The position numbers and the translations under genes are program-made. Of a stretch of DNA of 64,000 nucleotides, positions 46,967-55,476 are shown in pieces. The notes beneath the pieces were generated by a model, which ran no database searches, was not told the DNA's origin, and saw only the letters and a list, made by a program, of their open reading frames with translations. Each line of letters starts with the position of its first letter. Position 1 is the first letter of the stretch. The stretch comes from a phage. Location of the stretch: assembly GCA_025832235.1 (NCBI GenBank), contig GCA_025832235.1_3649.1; one strand, written 5' to 3'.

Positions 46967-47188
46967 AGTTTTAACTCCTGTTTCTGTTAATGATTGGGGG
47001 CCGCCCCCTGACACGTACTATTATCCATATTGTAGGGCTTGATGCAAGTACTTCTTTAAAAAAATTTTTAAGCGCCTTGGAGGCCGTTGTAACGCCAAAA
47101 TAATAAAGGCCATGCGGTTGCATGGCCTTTATGTGATTATATCGCTGTAGGCCCTGCTAGGGGCCTTATTTTGCATCATTTGCCGGAA

Positions 47189-47494
47189 CTATACAGAGAA
47201 AACATCGTTCACAATAGCGATCACAATGCCGCCCACCTTGTCACGGTCAACAATGCACAAATCACCATAGATCATGTGGTAGTCTGGATGATCTTTCACG
47301 GAATAGTCAATGAGCGTTTTCTTGTCGTCCAGCTTTGTAACTTCCATTCTCATAACGATATGAGAATCATCAAAGGCATTATTCCGAAAAGTCATAGCCT
47401 GACCACCAGGGCACCCAGTGATCTCCACTTCCACACCATCTACGATCTGACCATCAAAGAAATAAAGATTATTAGCCTGGATAAACATGATCAT
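47189..47494 (-). CDS. hypothetical protein
   Basis: AAGGAG RBS; 45-bp repeat copy upstream. Confidence 0.5.
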   Translation of the reverse strand: MIMFIQANNLYFFDGQIVDGVEVEITGCPGGQAMTFRNNAFDDSHIVMRMEVTKLDDKKTLIDYSVKDHPDYHMIYGDLCIVDRDKVGGIVIAIVNDVFSV

Positions 47495-47534
47495 TACTCC
47501 TTGTTAACTGCGTGGTATTTTAACAGGGTTTAAA

Positions 47535-47579
47535 TTTACTTTATTGATGGCCCTAGAGTCAAGGCCATCTAAAAATAAA
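47535..47579 (-). repeat. 45-bp repeat copy 1 (promoter-like element with hairpin)
   Basis: minus strand TTTATTTTTAGATGGCCTTGACTCTAGGGCCATCAATAAAGTAAA; TTGACT sits in the loop of GATGGCC/GGCCATC stem. Confidence 0.55.
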
Positions 47580-47581
47580 TT

Positions 47582-47782
47582 TTACAGGCCTACAATCTCT
47601 TTGATTCGTTTAACCGCCGCCTCAGCGCCTTGGGGGTAAAAATTATGGTAACCAATCACGCGAGTGATACTAATCGCCGTTTGATGATCTTCATAGTCGC
47701 CCTTGAAGATTTCTTGACCGTCAATCAGCACGGCAATTTTTTCTTCTTTTTTGAAGTTAATAACGCGGATATTGTTGCTCAT
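47582..47782 (-). CDS. hypothetical protein
   Basis: ORF; upstream hairpin GGGGA-aaca-TCCCC. Confidence 0.45.
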   Translation of the reverse strand: MSNNIRVINFKKEEKIAVLIDGQEIFKGDYEDHQTAISITRVIGYHNFYPQGAEAAVKRIKEIVGL

Positions 47783-47884
47783 TTTTGTTTCTCCTTTCTG
47801 GTTTTTGTGTTGGTGGGGATGTTTCCCCGTTGATTGTTATTATCCATATTCAGGACCGGATTGCAACACCCCGGAAGAAAAATT

Positions 47885-47920
47885 TTTTGAAAAAAGTTAG
47901 GCCCCCAGGGATCGGGGGCC
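47885..47920 (-). terminator. rho-independent terminator
   Basis: minus strand GGCCCCC-gatccct-GGGGGCC then TAACTTTTTTC. Confidence 0.6.
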
Positions 47921-47924
47921 GTTA

Positions 47925-48044
47925 TCAGTTACTTACAGAGATAAAATACATCCCTACGCCTAACAATATTTCAAGGGCGATGATCTCAAGCCATACCATA
48001 ACACGGCGCACCTTATCGGTGCGGGGCTTATCCTTGGGTGTCAT
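47925..48044 (-). CDS. 39-aa membrane peptide
   Basis: GGAGGGAAGGGGGAGACG then ATG; MVWLEIIALEILLGVGMYFI; below ORF-track cutoff. Confidence 0.45.
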   Translation of the reverse strand: MTPKDKPRTDKVRRVMVWLEIIALEILLGVGMYFISVSN

Positions 48045-48286
48045 CGTCTCCCCCTTCCCTCCTGGTAGTAGTGACGTGGTTTACAATGGCCCCCAGGAGT
48101 ACCATCACCACGCACATCACAAGAAAAATTATCTCCGCTGTTGTTCGATCCATTGTTATAAAATTCCTCAAGATCAGGCCTGAAAATAAAGCGTTCGTTA
48201 TTGAATCCGTCACGCCAGGCGGCTGGCTTCAAATCTTCACTAAAGGGATTAATTAACGTGGCATTATTTAAACGGTTGGCCCACAT
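48041..48286 (-). CDS. hypothetical protein (frame uncertain)
   Basis: ATG after GAGAGGAA; overlaps the peptide gene; alternative frame 48028-48153 encodes a TM peptide. Confidence 0.3.
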   Translation of the reverse strand: MWANRLNNATLINPFSEDLKPAAWRDGFNNERFIFRPDLEEFYNNGSNNSGDNFSCDVRGDGTPGGHCKPRHYYQEGRGRR

Positions 48287-48635
48287 ATTTTCTATTCCTC
48301 TCAAATAGGCGATCCGCCTCAGTTAAACATATCTCATGGGCTTGATCTCTGGTTTTAGCTTCATCGAAAACTTGTTGTGCAAGGCTGCAACGCAAGGAGA
48401 CCGGAAGATCACTATAATAGGCGTTGACAAACGTTTGAGCGTCGTACAGGTCTGAAAATACTTTACCCTTTCTATTATTCCCCTTGTCAACAATTGCAAG
48501 GATAACCAATACAATAGTTGCAACCACCCCCAGGAAAATAGATATAATAAACCATAAAAAGGCGGATCTACCCATCTTGCCAGCGATCCAGGCGTTAAAC
48601 AAGGCAACCAATACAGCCAAAATAATAAATTCCAT
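48264..48635 (-). CDS. membrane protein (two TM helices)
   Basis: start moved to ATG 48635 after AGAGGT; MEFIILAVLVALFNAWIA and FLWFIISIFLGVVATIVLVILAIV. Confidence 0.5.
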   Translation of the reverse strand: MEFIILAVLVALFNAWIAGKMGRSAFLWFIISIFLGVVATIVLVILAIVDKGNNRKGKVFSDLYDAQTFVNAYYSDLPVSLRCSLAQQVFDEAKTRDQAHEICLTEADRLFERNRKYVGQPFK

Positions 48636-48699
48636 TCTATGTACCTCTTTTGCAGTTCTGTTTAACAATAAGGCGGCAAATATGCCGCCTGTTACCTGA

Positions 48700-49080
48700 T
48701 TAAAAATTATCGCCGTAAATCTTTCCGCTTTCTGCCCACACCACCACGCGGGGCATACTATCCCACACGTCTTGTTTTAGATTGAGCGCGTGCAATTCTT
48801 CGGTGGTGCCCATACCTGGCACGGGCTGATTGTATACTGCAAAACGACCACCCGCATAGTCATAGGCCAGAGTTAAATCACACTGGATCATCTTTTTGAT
48901 CATGGCATTAAGCATGGCATTAGCCGCATACTGATCACGTTTTAAAGGCAACTCTTTGATTAGTTTGCGATAGTTTTCAATGTGATCGCACACTGTTTCA
49001 CGTGGAAGATCTTTCATATCCTCGCGAAAGGTAACCAGGTTAAACATGACGGTGTCAATAGCTTTAGTAGTGTTTTTCAT
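48700..49080 (-). CDS. hypothetical protein
   Basis: start moved to ATG 49080 after AAGAGGAAAAC; upstream hairpin GGGGGCAA-gacg-TTGCCCCC. Confidence 0.5.
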   Translation of the reverse strand: MKNTTKAIDTVMFNLVTFREDMKDLPRETVCDHIENYRKLIKELPLKRDQYAANAMLNAMIKKMIQCDLTLAYDYAGGRFAVYNQPVPGMGTTEELHALNLKQDVWDSMPRVVVWAESGKIYGDNF

Positions 49081-49171
49081 GATGTTTTCCTCTTTGTTTT
49101 GTGTGGGGGGCAAACGTCTTGCCCCCTTGAGTTTTAATATAGCAGGTTTTTAGGTTATTGCAACACTTTAT

Positions 49172-49795
49172 TTATGAAAAAGTCATCTCGCCATATTCAT
49201 CCACATCAAACCGCCAATCATTGGCCTCGATAAGGCCGATCAGGTTTTCGGTAGTGAATTGTTCAAGATAGGCTTGCTCCAGGTCTACGTAAACCTTGCG
49301 GGATAGCTCCCGTACCGTCTCGGTGATCAGCTCTTCCAGCTCTTCAACTTTATCCTCTTGCTTGGTGGTCAGGTCTAGCCAATTGGTATCGATGCACCCG
49401 CCTATTGTGTTTTCGTGGTGATAATGGCTAAACGGGATACGCTCAACGCTTGCGGATAGCTCGCCATCGTGCATTGTGCCGAACAAGTGACGAATTGAGC
49501 GGAATTTAGTCAAAGACTTGACTTTACGCAAGAATTTTTCTAAGTTTACATTTTCAGCGCTAATTGACGCGCCGTCACCCTGGCACCAAAAGCCGGACCA
49601 ATGTACATCTGTATCTTCAAGCCCGTACTCTGGAAAAACATATTCTTTATAGTATTCAATTACACTTTCTGCAAAAAAGTTATCCCCGCTGTGTTCTTCT
49701 CTTTCGCGGACCATTTCAACGGCTTTTTCTTTTTGTTCGTCGGTCAGCACGTCGAAAGATAAATTGTAACCTGTGGTAATGTTAACGGTGGTCAT
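49172..49795 (-). CDS. hypothetical protein
   Basis: AGGAGA RBS; upstream hairpin and promoter. Confidence 0.5.
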   Translation of the reverse strand: MTTVNITTGYNLSFDVLTDEQKEKAVEMVREREEHSGDNFFAESVIEYYKEYVFPEYGLEDTDVHWSGFWCQGDGASISAENVNLEKFLRKVKSLTKFRSIRHLFGTMHDGELSASVERIPFSHYHHENTIGGCIDTNWLDLTTKQEDKVEELEELITETVRELSRKVYVDLEQAYLEQFTTENLIGLIEANDWRFDVDEYGEMTFS

Positions 49796-49852
49796 GATAT
49801 TTTCTCCTATTTTCTTTGTTGGTGGCGGGAAGTTTTCCCGCCTGTGTGTTTA

Positions 49853-49880
49853 AGTATACTTATCGAGATTTACTTGTCAA
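49853..49880 (-). promoter_or_regulatory. sigma70-like promoter
   Basis: minus strand TTGACA, 16 bp spacer, TATACT; followed by hairpin 49824-49842, RBS and ATG 49795. Confidence 0.55.
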
Positions 49881-50130
49881 CACTATTTTTTAAATTATTG
49901 TGGCGCAAAATGTTTAAAATCTCTTCAACGTCATCAACACGGCGGCAATTTTTAAACGCTACCAATTGCCCCATGATTTTAATCACTGGGCGGCCTTGCC
50001 AGTGCCCCTGAAGAAAGCGCGCCTTGACTTTATCGGTGGAACTATCACGCCACCAAATAGCCTTGTTGTTGCAGTAGTAAAAATTATTCAGGATAACATC
50101 AACTTTATCAAAATTTTTTAATTTACGCAT
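49870..50130 (-). CDS. hypothetical basic protein
   Basis: GGAGTAAACGCC then ATG. Confidence 0.5.
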   Translation of the reverse strand: MRKLKNFDKVDVILNNFYYCNNKAIWWRDSSTDKVKARFLQGHWQGRPVIKIMGQLVAFKNCRRVDDVEEILNILRHNNLKNSVDK

Positions 50131-50162
50131 GGCGTTTACTCCTTTCTCTCTTTGATGTGGTT

Positions 50163-50190
50163 AGTATAGCTAACCTGTTGACGATGTCAA
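50163..50190 (-). promoter_or_regulatory. sigma70-like promoter
   Basis: minus strand TTGACA, 16 bp spacer, TATACT. Confidence 0.6.
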
Positions 50191-50320
50191 TGATATTTTT
50201 AACGCCATAAAACGGCCCTGGGCGATGTTTTCAGGTTAAAGGGGGCGATTGCATAGGTGGGGGCCTTTTTGGCACTTACAGGGCCAACCAGGGGCGCTAT
50301 TCGTAGGATAGAAATAAAAA

Positions 50321-50350
50321 GCCCCGCACAATGGCGGGGCGTTGGTTGTT
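50321..50350 (-). terminator. rho-independent terminator
   Basis: minus strand GCCCCGC-cattgt-GCGGGGC then TTTTTATTTC. Confidence 0.6.
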
Positions 50351-50546
50351 ATTTGTCTTTATGGCGGTACCGTTCCGCCTGTCGTTCACGTTCCAAAAGC
50401 AGGCCCGGCAGTTTACGATCATAATGATTCCGCCAGATCTTCCCAAATCTTTTTGGCTTATTCAGTTTATTGTTCCGCTGGCGGCGTTCCGGCAGCTCTT
50501 CGGAATCATGAGATCGCTTTAAAATCTTTTCAAAATTAATCTTCAT
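50349..50546 (-). CDS. hypothetical basic protein
   Basis: start moved to ATG 50546 after AAGGGGGGAATAT. Confidence 0.45.
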   Translation of the reverse strand: MKINFEKILKRSHDSEELPERRQRNNKLNKPKRFGKIWRNHYDRKLPGLLLERERQAERYRHKDK

Positions 50547-50883
50547 ATATTCCCCCCTTGCTAACTTCAATATTGGCCTGAATAGCCCGGATACGGCGCT
50601 TTATAACTTCCTGATCTGTGTGATCGTATCCCCAAAAGTCTACAATTTTTGCGCCCCCAGCTTCCAGGCGGTACAGTGTTTCCTGCATTTTGTAAGCCGG
50701 GATCGGTCGCGGTGTTACTTGGTCACCTTCTTTATTTTTATACTTTATAATATAATCTTCATTATCGTTGAATGTCCAAAATGGATATTCTGCAAGGGCG
50801 GTACTTTCCTTTTTATCCTGGATCTTGTTTACAATTAAAGCCGTAGCAATAGCGCCAATAATAAAACTAGCCCCGCTGATCAT
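50536..50883 (-). CDS. membrane-anchored protein
   Basis: start moved to ATG 50883 after AAAGGAGAAAG; N-terminal TM ISGASFIIGAIATALIV. Confidence 0.5.
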   Translation of the reverse strand: MISGASFIIGAIATALIVNKIQDKKESTALAEYPFWTFNDNEDYIIKYKNKEGDQVTPRPIPAYKMQETLYRLEAGGAKIVDFWGYDHTDQEVIKRRIRAIQANIEVSKGGIYED

Positions 50884-50958
50884 GTACTTTCTCCTTTCAT
50901 TGTGTTGATAAACTATCTTTATAGATGGCCCTGCTACCAGGACCACCGAAAAACCAGC

Positions 50959-51204
50959 TTATTTGACGATACCGACAAAACAGATCCCGCCTTCCCCTAT
51001 ATAGGCGATATCGGTAATTTGATAATTTGTCAAGATCCGCGTGTTCAGATCATTAATAAAATCGGTCATCGCGTTGGTGTAGTTGTCTTCCGTGTCTAAG
51101 GCATAATCCCAGGTGTAAACCTTTTTACGTCCGAAGCCTTTTACCATGATACGGGCGCTTTTGGTGTTGGTAGGGGCATAATATTTGGTAATTAGTGCGG
51201 CCAT
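50959..51204 (-). CDS. hypothetical protein
   Basis: ORF; 45-bp repeat copy upstream. Confidence 0.45.
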   Translation of the reverse strand: MAALITKYYAPTNTKSARIMVKGFGRKKVYTWDYALDTEDNYTNAMTDFINDLNTRILTNYQITDIAYIGEGGICFVGIVK

Positions 51205-51247
51205 TGTTTTAACTCCTCTGTATTAGTTCAGTGTTAACAGTGTAAAG

Positions 51248-51292
51248 TTTACTTTATTGATGGCCCTGGAGTCAAGGCCATCTAAAAATAAA
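51248..51292 (-). repeat. 45-bp repeat copy 2
   Basis: identical to copy 3; one mismatch to copy 1. Confidence 0.55.
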
Positions 51293-51293
51293 T

Positions 51294-51635
51294 TTACTCG
51301 TTTTCTTCCAGTTCTGCAAGCTCTTCTTTCACTTCTTCAAGCTCTGTTTGCAATTCCTGGTATTCTTCATCGTCCTCAATATCCAGGCTGTCGATGTAGT
51401 CGCTAAATCCGCAGCGGTAAGCGATAGGATCTAACTCCTTGAGGATACGCGACGGAAGAAAAGAAATGTTTCCGATCATAATTTCGCCATAGATCTCGTC
51501 TAACCATTCATCATAGTTTTCGTCGTACTTGTCCTCGTCGATTTCAAAATTATCGATCTTGTTCTCAAGGTCTGCGATCTGTTTTTTCAGCGCGGCGATC
51601 TGCATGGCTTTTTCTGTGGCGGTCATAGTAGTCAT
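51294..51635 (-). CDS. acidic coiled-coil protein
   Basis: EE/DD-rich; promoter and hairpin upstream. Confidence 0.5.
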   Translation of the reverse strand: MTTMTATEKAMQIAALKKQIADLENKIDNFEIDEDKYDENYDEWLDEIYGEIMIGNISFLPSRILKELDPIAYRCGFSDYIDSLDIEDDEEYQELQTELEEVKEELAELEENE

Positions 51636-51686
51636 AGTGTTTTCTCCTTTTGTGTGCTTTGGGAAGTTTTCCCGTTTACGTGTTTA

Positions 51687-51714
51687 AGTATACTGATTTA
51701 AGTTAGCTTGTCAA
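51687..51714 (-). promoter_or_regulatory. sigma70-like promoter
   Basis: minus strand TTGACA, 16 bp spacer, TATACT; -10 region GTATACTTAAACAC nearly identical to promoter at 49853-49880. Confidence 0.55.
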
Positions 51715-51834
51715 TTAAAAGTTTAAGAAAAATTTTGCTACACCGTTGGCACTACCCATCAACATTTGCGCCAGGATGTAACCAATGATGCAAACGATAA
51801 TAGTTACCTTTGTGTGCTGGCGTGTAGTACTCAT
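51715..51834 (-). CDS. 39-aa membrane peptide
   Basis: AAGGGGG RBS; TIIVCIIGYILAQMLMG; below ORF-track cutoff. Confidence 0.4.
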   Translation of the reverse strand: MSTTRQHTKVTIIVCIIGYILAQMLMGSANGVAKFFLNF

Positions 51835-51867
51835 CTTTAAGCCCCCTTTCCGCTCAACTGTGGTTAG

Positions 51868-51912
51868 TTTACTTTATTGATGGCCCTGGAGTCAAGGCCA
51901 TCTAAAAATAAA
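51868..51912 (-). repeat. 45-bp repeat copy 3
   Basis: TTTACTTTATTGATGGCCCTGGAGTCAAGGCCATCTAAAAATAAA on plus strand. Confidence 0.55.
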
Positions 51913-51913
51913 C

Positions 51914-52309
51914 TCAGTAAGTTTTCAGTACTTTCCCGTCCAACCTGTCTAACTGAATCTCAATAGCTGCAGAAAACCTATTGTAAACCACATCGCCCAG
52001 GGAGTCCAGCCAATCTATGACGTTATACACCTGCTCTTTATTCTTGCAAGTCCGGATCCGTTTCATTACGTAAGACGGATCAATATTAGCGCTCTCGTTG
52101 TTGTGGTCATGCGCCTGGCCTGCTGCGCTAGTTATAGATTTTACAACCACCTGAAAGGGCTTTAAGGTGCCTTTTGCGTTCATCTCACGCGCTTTCGCGG
52201 CGCGGTTGTTGTATGTTACACAACGGCGGCAAATGTTGACCAAATGCATATCAATAATTTTTTCATCGTTTGCCAGTTCGTTCATGATGCGGCGTACGTT
52301 CTTATTCAT
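51914..52309 (-). CDS. hypothetical protein
   Basis: ORF; upstream hairpin GGCGGGAA-tgt-TTCCCGCC. Confidence 0.5.
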   Translation of the reverse strand: MNKNVRRIMNELANDEKIIDMHLVNICRRCVTYNNRAAKAREMNAKGTLKPFQVVVKSITSAAGQAHDHNNESANIDPSYVMKRIRTCKNKEQVYNVIDWLDSLGDVVYNRFSAAIEIQLDRLDGKVLKTY

Positions 52310-52405
52310 GATCTTTTTTCCTTTGTGTTGGCGGGAAACATTCCCGCCTTTTGTGTATAGTTTACTTGAATTTTGCAGCGTGTCAATAATTTTTTTTTTT
52401 TTTTT

Positions 52406-52804
52406 TTATTCGTGGGCACATGTTACAATGTGCTTTTTATATCCCAGGCGGTCAGCAAGTGCCGACAAAAACTCTTCTTCGTAGATCCAGCCGTCGGCAG
52501 TGATCCCCATAGCATTTAATGCGCTCTCAAGTGCTGCGTTAGCTTTATCATAACCGTGACCGCTCGCCTTGCCGCCAGTATAGCCGTACTTATTGTTCTT
52601 GTTGTCGTGTATCCAAAAAACGCAGTAGTGAGTGTTCCCACTGGCGGCGGCATAATACCGGATCTCAGCTACTTCGTGCAAATTATTGTCATCGTCCAGG
52701 CCCACCAGATTATAAGCCTTATAAAATCCACGATCACGGCGGCAGTTCTTGACATCAGAAAAAGAAAAGTCCGCATTGTCAAAATTAAAGGTAGTGGTTT
52801 TCAT
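52406..52804 (-). CDS. hypothetical protein
   Basis: AAGAGGA RBS; promoter TTGACA-17-TACACT (52837-52865). Confidence 0.5.
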   Translation of the reverse strand: MKTTTFNFDNADFSFSDVKNCRRDRGFYKAYNLVGLDDDNNLHEVAEIRYYAAASGNTHYCVFWIHDNKNNKYGYTGGKASGHGYDKANAALESALNAMGITADGWIYEEEFLSALADRLGYKKHIVTCAHE

Positions 52805-52868
52805 GATTTTATCCTCTTAGTGTTTTTTGTGCTTTTAGTGTATTTTGTGTCAGGCTATATGTCAATAC

Positions 52869-53066
52869 TTATTTTTTATTAAACCAGTGGTTGATCTGGC
52901 CTTTTGTCAGGGCGCAACGATTAAGCTGTTGCAGGGTATAGCTATGACCGCGACGAAATTTATAAAGGCCTTGCCCGTTGTTGATGGTTACATCCGCCCG
53001 GCAAATCACTTGATTGGTGACCACCTGGCGAGTGTTGCGACGTGCTTTGATTCCGTATGCGTTCAT
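52869..53066 (-). CDS. hypothetical basic protein
   Basis: ORF. Confidence 0.45.
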   Translation of the reverse strand: MNAYGIKARRNTRQVVTNQVICRADVTINNGQGLYKFRRGHSYTLQQLNRCALTKGQINHWFNKK

Positions 53067-53144
53067 GATTTCTTGTCCTCTCTGTTAATTAGTGGGGTGT
53101 TGTTCACCTTGCGAGAATAAGAATAACAAGAACTGTCCGAGCTG

Positions 53145-53327
53145 TCAACCATTAGTTAAAATTATTTTTTGGGTAGAATTCTCCAGCCGCCGCCCCTGCC
53201 AGGTTAACCACCGTTTTTCGTACTCTTCTTTATGTTCCAACGCTCCCGCCATAGCCTTTTCAACCAGGGCGATAGCCTCAGCGTCATTAATCGCTACATT
53301 TCCCAGGTGAGTAGCATTACCTTTCAT
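53145..53327 (-). CDS. hypothetical protein
   Basis: GAAGAGGAGG RBS; first gene of the small-gene block. Confidence 0.5.
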   Translation of the reverse strand: MKGNATHLGNVAINDAEAIALVEKAMAGALEHKEEYEKRWLTWQGRRLENSTQKIILTNG

Positions 53328-53528
53328 TTTTGTACCTCCTCTTCAATTGTTACCTATCCTATAGCATAGGCCCACCAGGTTTGCAAGCCTTCATTCTCTC
53401 CTACCTGGTCAGTTAGGCCCTGCCAGGCTGGCCCCGCCAGGTTGCAGCGGTCAGCGCATCAGGTTAGAAATTTTTTTTTTTGAAAAGTGTTGACAGCGGC
53501 CCCGCCAGGTGGCAAAATATACCTATCG

Positions 53529-53760
53529 AAAGGACGGCAGGCACCGGTGACGGGGGAGACAACCACCGGGGATGGGCGCTGCATAAAATGAGAACGGTTA
53601 TCATTATCATTTAAAAATTTATGCAAAAAAAAAAATCCTTGCTTTCTTTGTCCTGTGTGATACTATAATAACAAGCCGGGGCAACAGGGGCCGGGAGACA
53701 ATCACCGGGCCTGCCCGTTATTCTGCAAACGAGAATGATTATCATTCAAAATTCTAAATG
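53529..53760. repeat. tandemly duplicated ~90-bp noncoding unit
   Basis: both units contain GGGAGACAA(C/T)CACCGGG and GAGAA(C/T)G(G/A)TTATCATT. Confidence 0.55.
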
Positions 53761-53875
53761 AGAACTCCTCGCATTTAATAAATTTAATTAGCATGCTAAT
53801 TACCTTCCGTAACAATCTCCTATAAAATAGTGCCCCATAAAATATTCCCATATAGAAATTTTAAAAATCCATTTC

Positions 53876-54040
53876 TGAAAACGAAAAATCGATTTCGTCC
53901 CCAAAAATTTCAGGTCGAGAGCTGGAACGATTTCCAGAAAATCCGATTCAGAAAACGAAAAACAGATCGAGTACTGAGAAATTTGTCGAGAAAAATTTTC
54001 AGAAAATCAGGTCTTTGAAATGAAAAACAGATCGAGTACC
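53876..54040. repeat. three A-rich direct repeats GAAAACGAAAAA-CAGATCGAGTAC
   Basis: copies near 53876, 53946 and 54008 at irregular spacing. Confidence 0.5.
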
Positions 54041-54351
54041 GAAAGAGATGTGCCGAAACTTTCTGATAATAATGGACTTATTGTTATAAAAGGTCAGAGG
54101 TAAGCTGGGAAAGTTCTGGTAGAAGGGTGAGAGTATGTGCGGAAAATCTGGAATAGTGACTTAAAGTACGGTGCGAACGATAGAATGAGCAGCACATCTT
54201 ATCGTGCCTGTCTTGAAAAATCCATTTTAGTTTTCGATCCATTTTCTGATTTTCTAAGAATTTTAAAATATCTGGCCCGGTGAAATATCAAAAGGAGGAA
54301 ATCCATTTTAGAAATCCTCCTTACACTTGATATGCCAGGGATTTTCAAGTA

Positions 54352-54681
54352 TCAGCTGTCTTTGTTTTTAGGTTTGTACATGCGCAGAGGTATGGTCTTT
54401 GTAACATTCCATTTCCTCAACCCTTCCCAGCTCCAGTTGTGGGCGTGATACCCGGTTATGCATGCACTGCTGGCGTGATCATAAGCATAAGAGAACGCTA
54501 TGTGCACCAGGTGGGGCCAGTCCTTCCACGGCTGTGGACCGTAAGCCTTTCTCCAACACCGACACAAACTAATTGTCTCAAGAATAGGGAGAATAACAAT
54601 TCCATATACCACCACCAGAATGGTCAGTGCAATGATTGTCAGGAACACATACCCTGCAGTTGAAATGATGATCTCTGTCAT
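54352..54681 (-). CDS. membrane protein
   Basis: N-terminal TM IIISTAGYVFLTIIALTILVVVYGIVILPIL. Confidence 0.5.
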   Translation of the reverse strand: MTEIIISTAGYVFLTIIALTILVVVYGIVILPILETISLCRCWRKAYGPQPWKDWPHLVHIAFSYAYDHASSACITGYHAHNWSWEGLRKWNVTKTIPLRMYKPKNKDS

Positions 54682-54875
54682 TTGTCGTCCCCTTTCTTAC
54701 GAATATAGATGTGAGAGCCTGCCTGTATATAAATTTCTCGACCATCTTCTGCAAAGATATGAAATACACGATCACCTTCGTACTCGATACGAGATATCTT
54801 CATAATGGTCTTTCCACCTGGGATGCGGATCTCGTCCCCCACAGCGATGTTCCATGCAGATTTAAGCTTAAACAT
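54678..54875 (-). CDS. hypothetical protein
   Basis: start moved to ATG 54875 after AAGGAGGG. Confidence 0.45.
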   Translation of the reverse strand: MFKLKSAWNIAVGDEIRIPGGKTIMKISRIEYEGDRVFHIFAEDGREIYIQAGSHIYIRKKGDDK

Positions 54876-55113
54876 CCGCACCCTCCTTTGGGAGCTCGAA
54901 CTCTGGCATAGCCATATACGCCACAACAGGGTTGTAATCAAAGTAGAAATGACCGTTAATTATCCCAGTTTTGTGAGCATAGTCACCAGATCCTGCAAGA
55001 ACAACCTCGCAAGCTCCGAAATCTACATTGCCATCCTCATCAGCCATGGCTACGATATACTTTCCTAGAGGCATGTTTTTAACGCCGTCTACAAATGTCC
55101 ACCCTTTGTTCAT
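54868..55113 (-). CDS. hypothetical protein
   Basis: ORF. Confidence 0.45.
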   Translation of the reverse strand: MNKGWTFVDGVKNMPLGKYIVAMADEDGNVDFGACEVVLAGSGDYAHKTGIINGHFYFDYNPVVAYMAMPEFELPKEGADV

Positions 55114-55133
55114 ACTTTATCTCCTGCACTTTC

Positions 55134-55466
55134 TTAAGGTAACCAGTAAACAATCTCGCCTTTCAGCTTCATGTCGTTTCCAACATAAATTTCCCAGCCA
55201 TCCATCTTAGCAACTGTAGGCCCAAAGTCATCCGCACCCCTTACCTCTTTCCAGGCTCCGTAGTCAGGTTGCCAGATATAGAATCCACCTTCTTTGTCCC
55301 ATGCTCCGTACACTACGTTTAACAGGTTTCCCATTGCAACAATGGTGGGCCGTGGGAATAATACATCTACAGATGCGCCACAATTTCGGGTATCTTTTAA
55401 GTTGCAATCCCAAAAGATGTCTGCCAGTGTGGCGGCGATAGCTTTACGTCTTTCCAATGTTACCAT
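55134..55466 (-). CDS. hypothetical protein
   Basis: ORF. Confidence 0.45.
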   Translation of the reverse strand: MVTLERRKAIAATLADIFWDCNLKDTRNCGASVDVLFPRPTIVAMGNLLNVVYGAWDKEGGFYIWQPDYGAWKEVRGADDFGPTVAKMDGWEIYVGNDMKLKGEIVYWLP

Positions 55467-55476
55467 GGCACGATAC

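Noticed and set aside
53830-54018. Plus-strand 62-aa ORF in the A-rich repeat region
   Set aside because: Reading frame is generated by the direct repeats themselves (repetitive basic product); no RBS.
53876-54040. Possible CRISPR array
   Set aside because: Repeats are A-rich, imperfect and irregularly spaced, with no unique spacers of uniform length.
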